In this document: positions 39,801 to 52,522 of the stretch, piece by piece
How positions within the stretch are numbered: position 1 is the first letter of the stretch
How the letters are laid out: each line of letters opens with the position of its first letter
Origin: Octopus sinensis
Lineage: Eukaryota
Reading direction: 5' to 3'
Assembly: GCF_006345805.1 (NCBI RefSeq)
Contig: NC_043013.1
Location: forward strand, 2,790,001 to 2,854,000
DNA length: 64,000 nucleotides
Notes under the pieces: model-generated
Seen by the model: only the letters and a program-made list of their open reading frames with translations
Told to the model about the DNA's origin: nothing
Databases searched by the model: none
Program-made: the position numbers and the translations under genes

Positions 39801-40095
39801 ATCTAGTCCTAGATGTGCAACATTCGAAAGAATTTATTAGTGGTGGTAGTGGTGGTGGTGGTGGTGGTGGTGGTGGTGGTGGTAGAAGGTAGTAGCTGCA
39901 ACGTCTTTGATCATCTCTCGGCTAAGTCAGTTGAGGCGGTGGTGATTGTAGAGCGGCGATGGTTGCAGAGACGGTACTGGTGGTAGAGGTGAAGATATAA
40001 GTAGAGGTGGCGGTGGTAGAAGAGGCATCGGAGCGAGCAGAAACTGCAGCAACAACAAGAAACCTTTACAATTGGAATGAATAAGTTATGCGAAG

Positions 40096-40300
40096 AGCAG
40101 CGAGCCGGCAGAATCGTTATCCCGACGCGAGAAATGCTTAGCGGTGTTTCGTCTAACTTTACGTTCTGAGTTCAAATTCAGCCGGAGTCGACTTTGCCTT
40201 TCATCCTTTCGAGGTCGACAAGATAAGTACCAGCTGAACATTGGAGTTGACGTAATCGACTTAACCCCGAATTTGCTGGCTTTGTACCAAAATTTGAAAC
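40096..40300 (+). mobile_element. SINE family 2a, full length
   Basis: GCGAGCCGGCAGAATCG...GAGTTCAAATTC...GCCTTTCATCCTTTCG...CCAAAATTTGAAAC. Confidence 0.9.
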
Positions 40301-41000
40301 TAAATTGTTCGAGACGAAATCATCAATGTTCAAGAGGGTATGTTGTGACGTTCATGCCTTTGCAAATGTGTAACATAAGGACAAATCATGTAGTTCACCA
40401 ACGCTAAACTGATATTTTATTTTTATTGATTTCAGTCCTTGGGCATCGATCGTATCGATCCCCCAGTGCTTATTTGAGGCTGGTACTTATTCTATCGATC
40501 TCTTTTTATCGAATCAGAAATAAGTTTGATCAATAACGGCAGAACCATAAAGTTGAAATTCTAATCAGATCTATACGAAAGGCAGTATTAGAAAGTTATT
40601 CAAAAGGTCAATGGTGACCTGTTATCCAGGGGGAGACAGAACCTTCTTGGCATAGGAACTATGACCAATGTTGGCGAAGTATAACATCCGGTTCTTTGGT
40701 TTCTGTTGACTCATTGGTGTTAAGTTGCATGGTTTATTTTATGACGTATTGCATTGTGTAATTGTATGGTGTACGATGTATGGTAATTTGTAAGTTTTAC
40801 ATGCACAAAACACCCTACATCGCAAGGAACATAAAACGAAAACACTATACAAATTATAGCAATGTTATATAGTACATTATATGATGTAGTACATACTTTA
40901 TACAATATGGTCTGTGGTGGAAAGTATGTTGTATGTGTTCTTGTATGGTGAATATAATGTTAAATATGCTACATTGCACAAGAGAGTGTATATCGTATAG

Positions 41001-41161
41001 CAGCGTTTCTCAACCTTTTTACTCTTGCGTAACCCTTGAAATAAATTACGTGTCTCAAAGGAACCCCAGCACACACACAAAAAAAATTATATACTATATC
41101 TTTCTCATATTTTTTTCATCGTAGTTCACGTGGCAAATAATATATATATATATATATTATA

Positions 41162-41230
<69 letters not shown>

Positions 41231-41525
41231 ATATAGATTATTTATATATATTTATATTTTATATATATATTTAATATTTATATATATATATTTAGATGTA
41301 TATATATATATAATTATATATATATATATATATAGGCATATATTATATATTATAGATAGATATATAGATATATCTACTACATATATATATATATATATAT
41401 ATATACATAGCATCATACATACACATATATATATATATATATAATATATATATATATATACACATATACATACATATACACATATATTTAATATATTATC
41501 TAAGTTTATCTAAGTTATATCTATA

Positions 41526-41568
<43 letters not shown>

Positions 41569-41834
41569 GTATGTATGTGTATGTTATAGGGTGTCCATAA
41601 ATTACAGATATCACTAAATATATCAGCAATGGTTGTTATATTGTTTTGATAACATAATAGATTAGTTAGGATGGTGTCTATATTACGATATTACAATAAC
41701 CAGTAACATGTCATGCATATAGAATAATAAAACGATCATGAAATTAGCATTAGCTTATCTCACTCTTTCTCGCGGAACCCGAAATACCTTTTGTGGAACT
41801 CTTGAGTTCTGGGGAAACCGGTTGAGAAACGCTG
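41001..41834. mobile_element. hAT-type MITE with 15-bp perfect TIRs, 8-bp TSD and internal (TA)n expansion
   Basis: CAGCGTTTCTCAACC / GGTTGAGAAACGCTG; TSD TCGTATAG / TCGTAGAG. Confidence 0.9.
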
Positions 41835-41959
41835 TCGTAGAGTATAGACAGTTTTGTGTCTTAGGGAATGCTGTATGGTGTATTGTACACTGTACATTAC
41901 ACAGGTATTGCTTCCCAACCATGTGGTCTTGAGTTCAGTCCCACTGCTCGGTACCTTGG

Positions 41960-42118
41960 GCCTGTTTTTCATTTCTAGTCTTCCGTAGAAAATGGTCATG
42001 AGAAATATTACCTTACTTGAAAATAAATGAAGGTTGGCGACAAGAACGGTATCTGGCCGTAGGAAATTTGCCTCAAAAACTTTCATTTGACCCCACGCAA
42101 ACATGGGAAAGAAGACGT
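41960..42118 (+). mobile_element. RTE-related short repeat fragment following a SINE family 1 head
   Basis: GGTTGGCGACAAGAACGGTATCTGGCCGTAGGAAA resembles the RTE-type GGCAACAGGAAGGGCATCCGGCCGTA motif (from recall). Confidence 0.5.
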
Positions 42119-42249
42119 GGCTATGAGGTAAGAAGCTTGCTTCCAGGTTTAGTGCGTTGAACCTTGGGCAAGTGTCTTCTACTATAGCCTCTGGCCGACC
42201 AAATCCTTGTAAGTGGATTTGGTAGACGGAAACTGAAAGAAGCCCGTCT

Positions 42250-42293
<44 letters not shown>

Positions 42294-42497
42294 AGTCTGT
42301 TCCCACATCGCTGCTTTACATCCGGTGTTGATGTGTTTACGTCCTCGTATCTTAGCAGTTCGGCAAAAGGGGCCGATAAAATAAGCACTAGGCTTCAAAG
42401 ATAAGTCCTGGAGTCAATTTCTTCGACTACAACTCTTCAAGGCGGTGCTCCAGCATGGCTGCAGTGAAATGACTCAAACAAGTAAAAGAATGAAAGA
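42119..42497 (+). mobile_element. SINE family 1
   Basis: CCTTGGGCAAGTGTCTTCTACTATAGCC...CAGCATGGCTGCAGTGAAATGACTCAAACAAGTAAAAG. Confidence 0.9.
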
Positions 42498-42584
42498 ATT
42501 AATGGATGAAGAAAGAAAACAATGAAAATATTGCAGGATTTCGTGCTGTGTGTTGGTGTGGCGGTTTGTATGGATTAGATTATT

Positions 42585-42848
42585 CTTTTATTTGTTTCAG
42601 TCATTTGACTGCGGCCATGCTGGAGCAACGCCTTTAGTCGAACAAATCGACCCCCAGGACTTATTCTTTTGTAAGCCTAGTACTTATTCTATCGACGTCT
42701 TTTGACGAACAGCTAAGTAAACACACCAACATCGGTTGTAAAGCGATGGGGTGGTGATAGGGGGCAAACACAGACGCACAAATACACACACATGCACATA
42801 CACATGCACACACACATGCACACACACATGCACACACAAACGAACAAA

Positions 42849-42891
<43 letters not shown>

Positions 42892-43085
42892 ATATATATA
42901 TATGACGAGCTTCGTTCAGTTTCCGTCTACTGATCCACTCACCTTGTCAGTGGATTTGGGAGACGGAAGGCTTTGGTCGGCCCGAGGCTAAAAAAAGACT
43001 TGCCCAAGGTGCCACACAGTGGTACTGAACCTGAAACTATGTGGATGGCAAGCAAGCTTCTTACCACACAACTACGCCTGCGTCT
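42585..43085 (-). mobile_element. SINE family 1
   Basis: TTGTTTCAGTCATTTGACTGCGGCCATGCTGGAGC...CTTACCACAC. Confidence 0.9.
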
Positions 43086-43695
43086 ATTATTATTGTATTA
43101 CTATATGCTATGTGTTGTGAGAGGTGTAATGTGGTATACTGTAGACTAAACGTTGTCTGGTGTATTACGCTTGGTTGAATGCTCAGCTGCAGTACAGCCA
43201 TGATCGAGCAGGACTTAGGATCAAAAGCATTGCAACGATGACCTACCATCTTATTCTAGGTCAAGTATTTTCAGGACTACATTAGCCCAAATCTCCTTTG
43301 CTTTTAAGTAAGATATAACAATTTGATTTCAAGGAGATTTGGCTACTATTTCTAGCAGATCGGGCTGCTACTTATGGGTCCTTTGGATCGTATGATGTAT
43401 ATTGTATAAATGTTGTACATCAACGTTGCCGTGTTTGTAGTCGATGTATTTTATGAAGGGCTGGATTCTGTCTGCTATGTCGTACACGGTATTTCATGGT
43501 GTTTGGCATTTTATGTCAGTGTTGTTGATGCTGTTGTCTTCGTTGTTGCTGCTGTTGTTTTTGTTGTTGTTGTTGTTGTTGTTTTCGTTGTTGTTGTTGT
43601 GGTGGTGGTTGTGGTTCTACCAGTTATTTAAAACAATGTTTTTACATTTTGCTTATATGTTGTTCAGCAAGGAATTCTTTCGTTATATATATATA

Positions 43696-43727
<32 letters not shown>

Positions 43728-43729
43728 GT

Positions 43730-43793
<64 letters not shown>

Positions 43794-43892
43794 TATATAT
43801 AGTGTATTAGTATGTATGTTATATATATATATATATATATATATATAATGTATGTATGTATGTATATATATATATATATATATGTATATGTA

Positions 43893-43940
<48 letters not shown>

Positions 43941-44199
43941 GTATATATATATATATATATAGTATGTATATGTTGTATGTATGTTGTATTTATATATATT
44001 AGTCCTATTATATCATTTATTTACCTATTTATTTTTGGTTGGTCGTTCATTATTATCTGTTCTTTATTTATTTATATGTGTATGTTTCCATATATTTCTA
44101 TAACCATTCTTCAGTAAGTTGTATTTGATGTATGTCTGTAATGTATGTGGGTGTGTGGGTGTTATTTCATGGTTAACTCCTAGTGATTTTGGTGCGTTC

Positions 44200-44880
44200 T
44201 GCTGCTGCTGCTGGCTTAGGCTAAAGGATTGTGCTGGTGGTGGTGGTGTGATTTGCTGTTGTACTGAATGAACTAAGGTGGTGTGGTGGTGGTGGTGATT
44301 TTGGTGCTTGTGTTGGTATGGGTTTTCATTAGTGTTGATGGGGGGAGTAGTAGTATTACAATGGTTATGATAACAGCAGTGGTAGTGGTGGTATTAATGG
44401 CGGTGTTGATGGCGTGATGGTATTGATGATTATTGTAACTTTGGTAGAGGTGATGGTAACGGTGTTGAATGTGGTAGTATTGGTGATAGTGGTGGTGGCG
44501 GTGGTGGTGGTGGTGGTGGTTGCGGTGGTGGTGGGGGGAGTGGTGGTGGTGGTGGTGGTAGTAGTGGTGGTGGTAGCGACGGTGGTATGGTAATTTAATT
44601 TTGATTTGTTTTCACTGCATCAAATTCGAGGAAAATATCAAACGAATGCAAATATTGATGCCAACCAATAGGAATTAGCATAGAATAGTGGTGGCGACGG
44701 TGGTGTCGGTGGTGATATTAATGGTGATGATGATGATGATCGTTGTGGTGGTGGTCGCAGCAGTGAAGACAGCGTGGTAATAGTGGCAGCGACAGCAGTG
44801 GCGGTGGTGGTTGCAGCGGTGATGGTGCTACCTGCGATTTTATTGTTGGTAATGGAAGCGGTTAAGATCGTGGTGACGAT
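44200..44880. repeat. Degenerate (GGT)n-rich low-complexity tract
   Basis: Directly visible. Confidence 0.9.
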
Positions 44881-45240
44881 TTTTATGTCGAATCATAAGG
44901 CAACAGAGATATTTTTTGTTTGGTTTTTTTTTGTCCTTTTTTTTTAAAAATCAGTGATAGGATATTACAGAAGGCAGAAAGTGATAATGAAATGTGAAGC
45001 CGGTGTTAAAAGCATAATACAAACCGTAAACACTTTAGCTGAGCCAACAGTATTAAACGAAGGGATCAGATTGATCGCCCGCAACAATAAATTCCTTTCC
45101 AAACACACGATGCACTATCAAAAGTCAGATATTCACAAGATCTGAAAAACAGAAAAAAACATCTGCTAAAGAGGGAACCCGTACGTAGTCGCTCGGCTTA
45201 CGAGAAAAAGCAGCCAGATATTCTTCAAATCTACTATTGG

Positions 45241-45567
45241 TTGCTTGCCTGATGCAGAGGTTGCAGGCCGCTTTTCGAGTCATACTCTTAGCTCCAAGCA
45301 CCCAATGGAGCAGGCGGCTTGTGGCGGGTCAGCACCTTATTAACTGGGGGCTGCCCAGCTTGAGGTGGGCAGTAGCTAATCAATAGGACACGGAGGTCCC
45401 TCCCACCGTCAGAGGTAACCCGTAGCGCCCATATTTTACGCCAATCTGAATGGACTTATCGCTCGTGACTGTTACCTCCCGTTATGTTTCTGCAGCTTTT
45501 TACAGCAGCACTGAAGTGTCCTCTCCAGTTTTGCGCAGTTTTTCAAATCACTCTAATGACATCTATT
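45241..45567 (-). mobile_element. 327-bp RTE-related non-autonomous retroposon with 13-bp TSD
   Basis: Perfect TSD AATCTACTATTGG at 45228-45240 and 45568-45580. Minus strand has GCTGGGCAGCCCCCAG..AATAAGGTGCTG..CCGCCAC (RTE 5' UTR-like) and a CAAG-like tail. Confidence 0.75.
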
Positions 45568-46114
45568 AATCTACTATTGGCAAAAACACCTTCCTTTAGT
45601 ATAAAATACAATAGCATGTGTTAATACGCGCGAAATTCTCTCTGTCCATATTATACCCATTTGGGAATCAGGATTATCACGGAATTGAAAAATCTGCCCT
45701 TCATTTGGTTCTTGAATATCCAGCATTGGGATCTGATTTAAAAGCAACTGAGTTGCTATTTCTAGCAGGTAAAACTTGACTGATTCGTGCTATCTTGGTT
45801 GGCGGTTGTCAGATGACGTCAGAGATCAAGGGGGGAGATAAATGAAATTTCATTTTGTTAATTTTATGTAGAGATAAGAACGTTACGACAAATTGGCCAA
45901 CAGCTGGAATTCAACTTGCGACTGGATCGCTTTACAGAATAAATTCTCATCCGTCTTCAGCCTCTGATCAAACACCGCCACGACATATAGTCATTATAAA
46001 CATATTACAGTCATGCTATTTAGCTCTGCTTACTCTTAAGTCTTATATATATATATATATAATATATATCTGCTTGCGCGTGTATGTGTGTATATATATA
46101 TATATACATACATT

Positions 46115-46148
<34 letters not shown>

Positions 46149-46152
46149 TATA

Positions 46153-47042
46153 TTGTTGGCAACTAAGTTCCCGCCGTTTATTTAATTTGCTGCGTTTTTT
46201 AATTTTAGAATTCTATTTTTGAATCATTTTGGAATTTTTTTTTTCTAGTTAATTTTAGTTAATTTTTGCTTATTTTCAGATCATTAAAATGGAATGTCAA
46301 GTTAAGAATAATGAGCATTTTCGACACCTCCTTTTTGTTTTTAATCAAGGTTCTAAGGCTGCAAGAGCTGCTCATGACATTTGTGCTGTCTATGGAGAGG
46401 GTGCCATAGCTGAAAGAACCGCTCGTGATTGGTATGCCAAGTTCAGAAATGGAAATTTTGACCTCAAAGACGCACCTCGTTCTGGCCGTCCAGTTGAGTT
46501 CGATGAAGAGTAATTAAACCAACTTTTGCACGAAAATTTTCGTCAAACGACAAGGGAACTGGCAGAGAAAATGGAATGCTCCCACACTGGGAAAGGTTCA
46601 GAAGTATGGAGCATGTGTTCCGCATGCTTTAAGTGACAACAACAAAAATGAACGAGCGACTATCTCCGCTGGTTTGCTTGCTCGTCACCGCTCAACTCAT
46701 GGACACAAGCAACGATTTCTTTACCGAATCGTTACTGGCGACGAAAAATGGCGCCTGTACACCAATATGAAGCAGCGTAAGAATGGCTTAGTCCCGGTAA
46801 ACTAGCGACACCGCGCGTGAAACAAGATCTTCATCCGCGTAAAACGAAGTTGTGCGTAAACGAAGTTGTGCGTAAACGAAGTTGTGCGTATTCCCTTGGA
46901 AGGGAATATCTATAACGAATTGCTTGAACGGAACCAACAGATGGAACGACTCAAGAGAAAAGACCTAATCGGCAGCATGGAGTTCTTCTGCTGCACGACA
47001 ACGCTCGCCCTCATATCACCAATATGACCAAGGAAGCCATTC
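46153..47042 (+). mobile_element. mariner, same family as 24470-26129, 3'-truncated
   Basis: TIR TTGTTGGCAACTAAGTTCCCGCCG; MECQVKNNEHFRHLL..., IVTGDEKW, LLHDNARPH; 16-bp unit x3 at about 46840-46890. Confidence 0.93.
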
Positions 47043-47177
47043 TTCCACAAAATGATAGCTTAAACTGTGCTCTAAATGGAGGTGTAGTCAAATCTTATTT
47101 TATGGACTCAACCGTGTTCTAAAATCAGTCGAAAGGTAAGCTACAATAAGTCGGCACGAACTTTCCGGACAACCCAA
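47043..47177 (-). mobile_element. Terminus of a different mariner family
   Basis: Minus strand TA|TTGGGTTGTCCGGAAAGTTCGTGCCGA is a mariner-type TIR unlike the left TIR. Confidence 0.7.
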
Positions 47178-47864
47178 TACATAGTCGGGAACCAAAGGCA
47201 GAAATCCTAGGAGACTCGTGACATGCTAGAAATAGTAGCTAAATCTGAAATCGCTCTCCACTGCCTTATATATGCATGGAAAGGGCACTCTTGATAACAG
47301 AATCGTTGGTAGCTTTTAAATAGTCGGTGTGGTCATGGCTGAAATGCCTCTGATCATAGATCTGTTTGGTCGGTGTTGAACTGGGACTAAAGACCAGTTA
47401 CACCACACAGACACGAACCAAAGGTTGGTCTCCTATTTGGCTCACGGCATGCTAGAAATAACAGCTAAGTTTCCCTTATAATCATAACCTGCTGTGTTAA
47501 AGTATCCGACACACTGAATAAAGGAGTACTCAATACACTGTAACTGGAAGAAAAATTAAGGCGCTTTGGATAAGTCTCGAATGTCTTTCGGCAGAGGGAG
47601 CTGCTTGTTCTGCGTTGAACAACAGCAGATAAACACAAAAATCCACAAGCACACATGCGCGCACGCACGCACATATTCATAGACACACACACACACACAC
47701 ACACATCCCCCATATATACACACGCACGCACAGGGACAAATAAATACACACACACACACACAAACTCATCAATAATTCACATCAAAAATAGAAATACAAT
47801 AACGTTGCACTCACACCCACACGAACTTACACTAACACACGCAGACACGCATAGATATACGCGT

Positions 47865-47896
<32 letters not shown>

Positions 47897-48028
47897 ACCG
47901 AATATACATGTGCACATATACAGATATAAACAAACTCATACAAGCACGCATTCACACACACACACACACAAACATATGCACTTACACAGATACACGCACA
48001 CACACAAGCATATATATATAGACACATA

Positions 48029-48059
<31 letters not shown>

Positions 48060-48516
48060 CCAATAAACAGAAATAGAAACTTATGAGTAAAGATCAAAAG
48101 CGACATTCAGGACCCAATGAACCCAATGGGAAATATAAACTACTAAACGAACATTTTTCCCAAATGGTGAAAATAAACTTGATTCTGAACAAAGAACGAA
48201 TCCATTGATGGCTGGAAAAGTGCTATTTTCTAAAAGGAGAAACGGAAGAGCTTATAATTGTAGCTCAAGTACAAAGCTTCCCAACTAGGCGATATCAAAA
48301 AAAAAAGTATATACATGCATATACGTGTCTATATGTATATATATATATATATGTGTGTGTGTGTAATATATATATGTGTGTAGTGTATATATCCATATCT
48401 ATCTATCTATCTATCTATCTCTATCTATCTATCTTCTATCTTTCTATCTATCTATCTATCTATAATCTATCTGTCTTTCTATCTATCTTTTCTCTCTCTC
48501 TCCTCTCTCTCTCTCT

Positions 48517-48565
<49 letters not shown>

Positions 48566-49408
48566 CAGTTGTGAGGCCATATATGGCCAATAATGAGACT
48601 ATAAACTGAAAATTCTGGCAGAATGTCCAACTGTATTTTAATTAAAAATCTTTCCCACTCCTGGAATAGAAGCAAACAGCTAACCTTCTCCTGTCGTCTT
48701 TACATAAATACACGTTTGACTCTAGAATGTAATTATAATTTATTATGCAGATTGGAAACTGTTTTGTAAGAAACAATGACAGTCGATGAAGCAGTAGTAT
48801 GTTACAGCTTTACTGACATATTTTTTTCGATTCTTGAGGGATGTAAAAGAAAGTTGATCTCGGTAGCAATTAAATTTAGACTGTGAAAATGCGTAACGGT
48901 ACGAGGTATTTCGTGCAAGTACATAACTGGGTTTACCATCCAACGCTCTATTTATTTGTAGGTCGTGTCTATAACAGTTCTCTCCGCCATTCCCCAAGTC
49001 ACACAAACCTTAAGGGGCTTCAGAATCTGGAAATGTTGTTAGTAAGATTAGAGAAATGCGTTAAAAACTGAAAATCGTGTTAACACAATTCGCAGAAAAT
49101 TTCTGGCAGGAGTCGCAACGAGAACACATGTACTGTGACTGTCACGTTCTACTTCTCAGAAATAGCATTCTGTTTGTCACGATAGGTGTTCGAGTGTTAC
49201 GCTTTCAGTAACCTTAGCTATATGGAGGAAAATCGAAGGCGCAGCCGAAATCTTCAACATAATGAAGCAATATTATGAAGAGATGTAAATTTATGCATCA
49301 AACTAGAAATAAGAACATTTATAAAACGAGGAATTTTCGCTGGCTGGGCAAGTGTTTATAGGAACAAGGTTACACATTTGATGGTGAGAGAGAGAGACAG
49401 TCGATTAT

Positions 49409-49826
49409 AAGGCGGCGAACTGGCAGAAACGTTAGCACGCCGGGCGAAATGCGTAGCCGTATTTCGTCTGTCTCTATATTCTGAGTTCAAATTCCGCCGA
49501 GGTCGACTTTGACTTTCATCCTTTCGGAGTCAATAAAGTAAGTACCAGTTACGCACTGGGTCGATATAATCGACTTAATCCGTTTGTCTGTCCTTGTTTG
49601 TCCTCTCTGTGTTTGTCCCCTTGTGGGTAGTAAAGAAATAGGTTTTTCGCCCGTCGCTACGTTCTGAGTTCAAAATCCGATGAGGTCGACTTTGCTTTGC
49701 ATCCTTTCGTGGTCGATTAAATAAGTACCAGCTACGCACTGAGGTCGATATAATCGACTTAATCCGTTTGTCTGTCCTTGTTTGTCCTCTCTGTGTTTAG
49801 CCCCTTGTGGGTAGTAAAGAAATAGG
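49409..49826 (+). mobile_element. SINE family 2b dimer (one head plus two body units)
   Basis: Two units of about 185 bp ending GTGGGTAGTAAAGAAATAGG; TSD-like GAGAGACAGTCGATTA / GAGAGATTGTCGATTA. Confidence 0.92.
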
Positions 49827-50348
49827 TGAGAGATTGTCGATTAAATTAGCTTCCGTGTTTGATTTCTACATATTTTCTCGACACAGGAAAAAGGCTCTGC
49901 ACATGTGAACACACGTACACACACGCACGCGCTCGCACGCACGTGCGCGCACATACACACACATCAAGAGACAACAGTGTTCTAAATTCAACTCTTGTTG
50001 AGGTCGACTTTTACTTTCATCCTGTCAGGCTCCGTTACTCCGTTGCTCCCATTGTGGTGCTGTTGGTCCCGCCTATTGTTCTGACGCTATCAGCCCGTTA
50101 CTGTTATTCAAATACTTATTAACTCCGCTGCTCTTATTCCGATGCTATTGGTACTGGCTATTGTTCCGACGCTTTTAGTCCTGGCTATTGTTCTGCTGCT
50201 GTTAGTCTTTAGTTATTCTCATACTATAAACCCGTTGCTATTATTGTAAGGCTATTGGACCGTTGCTATTAATCTGGCACCAAATACATTAAACTGCTGG
50301 AGATTCTGAAGACGAAACATGCTGAATTGTGGCATTCATTCATTTCTT

Positions 50349-51400
50349 AATATCTTATTCAAGTCTACGGGAAACATACACATGCATGGTCTTCTTTTGG
50401 TATACTGTACGTTTCACCTCCAATTCTTCTTTGAGGTATGCTAGTTCAGCTGATCTGGGGTTGTATGGTAGGTCATATCAATGTTTCCAAGAATTTATGA
50501 TGTTCCTGACTTCACTTAATATATGAACAACATAGAAGGGGGTGAGCTGGCAGAAACGTTAGCGCGCTGGGCGAAATGCGTAGCCGTATTTCGTCTGCCG
50601 TTACGTTCTGGGTTCAAATTCCATCGAGGTCGACTTTGCTTTTCATCCTTTCGGGGTCGATAATTTAAGTACCAGTTACGCACTGGGGTTGATGTAATCG
50701 ACTTAATCCGTTTGTATGTCCTTGTTTGTCCCCCTCTGTGTTTAGCCCCTTGTGGGTAGTAAAGAAATATGTATTTCGTCTGTCTTTATGTTCTGAGTTC
50801 AAATTCCGCCGAGGTCGACTTTGCCTTTCATCCTTTCGGGGTCGATTAAATAAGTACCAGTTACCCACTGGGGTTGATATAATCGATTAATCCGATTGTC
50901 TGTCCTTGTTTGTCTCTCTGGTTTTAGCCCCTTGTGGTAGTAAAGAAATACGTATTTCGTCTGTCTTTATGTTCTGAGTTCAAATTCCGCCGAGGTCAAC
51001 TTTGCTTTTCATCCTTTCGGGGTCGATTAAATAAATACCAGTTACGCACTGGGGTTGATATAATCGACTTAATCCGATTGTCTGTCCTTGTTTGTCTTCT
51101 CTGTGTTTAGCCCCTTGTGGGTAGTAAAGAAATATGTATTTCGTCTGTCTTTATGTTCTGAGTTCAAATTCCGCCGAGGTCGACTTTGCCTTTCATCCTT
51201 TCGGGGTCGATTAAATAAGTACCAGTTACCCACTGGGGTTGATGTAATCGACTTAATCCGTTTGTCTGTCCTTGTTTGTCCCCTCTGTGTTTGGCCCCTT
51301 GTGGGTAGTAAAGAAAATATATATGAACAACATAGATAATCGAAACAGCTGCAATTATAAACAGGATCATCGGCTGATTTTATATCGTTCTACTGTTTTG
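50349..51400 (-). pseudogene. RLE-type retrotransposon fragment interrupted by the SINE tetramer
   Basis: 50349-50477 is the reverse complement of 55758-55888 (YQKKTMH.YVSRRLE). Confidence 0.75.
50537..51318 (+). mobile_element. SINE family 2b tetramer (one head plus four body units) with 18-bp TSD
   Basis: Units start TATTTCGTCTG at about 50587, 50772, 50953 and 51137. Perfect TSD ATATATGAACAACATAGA at 50519-50536 and 51319-51336. Confidence 0.95.
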
Positions 51401-51563
51401 CATTAGGATTTTAGTCGAACATAATGACCCCAGTACTTATTGCAGGTAGGTACTTACTTGACCTTAAGGGACCCAATAGCAGTTTACAGAAATAAACACA
51501 AACACTAATACATACATACACACACAAACGCACACGCTCTTCCTCCCTTCCCCTCTCATCTCT

Positions 51564-51612
<49 letters not shown>

Positions 51613-51814
51613 CTCTCTCCCCTAGAAGAGCTTCTGAACAGTTGATGGCTATCAAATTCCACTCACAAGGAATTGGCAAATTTGAGACTTTAATAGAAGG
51701 TAATTGTTCGATTGTTGGAAATATCACGCCGTTAAATCGAACAAGAATGCACAAAGGTTATTAAGCGAAAGTATTAAGCACTCCACTCTACCCGCGCCAA
51801 TATATATATATATG

Positions 51815-51848
<34 letters not shown>

Positions 51849-51849
<1 letters not shown>

Positions 51850-52174
51850 CTTAGAAAGGTTTTGGCCAGTATTGGCCCAGGCCATGTCTAACTTAATAGC
51901 ACCACCTGGCGAAGTCTTTCAGTTCAGGATTTGGGCACCAAGGCCCATTCGAGCAGAGAGTTATTGTTTGCGGAGACATATCCGGGTGTGGGTGGTTTGT
52001 CCGGTACTGTTTGAAGGAATTTGTCCAAAGACTTCTTGAATTTTGTGTGGTCAGTTTCTTTTTTGACGTGTCCTGGTGTAATGTTGAAGAGAGCGGGTCC
52101 AATTGAGGTGAAATAGTTGTGCCGTATTGTCGTTATGTGATGCGATTTAGATTTTTGTTGTGGACGGATGGCAC
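51849..52174 (-). mobile_element. 3' end of CR1-group LINE (same family as 31170-32263)
   Basis: HNYFTSIGPALFNITP..FKKSLDKFLQTVPDKPPTPGYVSANNNSLLEWALVPKS plus matching 3' UTR. Confidence 0.92.
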
Positions 52175-52178
52175 ATAC

Positions 52179-52208
<30 letters not shown>

Positions 52209-52209
<1 letters not shown>

Positions 52210-52522
52210 ATTGCAGCGTGGAAGGTGTTTGTAAGCCATTTAAGAAACACACAAAGGCCGTTCGATTCACTTCAACATTTAAGTTTAATTTGTCAAAATA
52301 GTTTCGTCGCTATAAGACCGCGACCTGTTCACTGACAATGCACCACGGATTTTTGTCAGTGAACAGGTCGCGGATTTTAGCGACGAAAATATTTTGACAA
52401 ATTAAATTTAAATGTTGAAGTGAATCTAACGGCTTTTGTGTGTTTCTTAAATGGCTTACATTGTTTTCGTTCCAGCACACGATCTCAGATCAAATCACTT
52501 GCTATGCAAGTACATCTCCGTA
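52209..52522. mobile_element. Penelope-like family B inverted repeat
   Basis: Arms 52230-52338 and 52353-52460 are reverse complements; a third copy lies at 56438-56645. Confidence 0.8.
52352..52401 (+). ncRNA. Minimal type I hammerhead-like motif with G3-C8 core
   Basis: TTTGTCA-GTGAACA-G-GTCGC ggatttta GCGAC-GAAA-ATAT-TT-TGACAAA. Confidence 0.6.

Noticed and set aside
50537-51318. Regular repeats as a CRISPR array
   Set aside because: Units are about 183-bp SINE bodies with no unique spacers and no cas genes, in a eukaryotic context.
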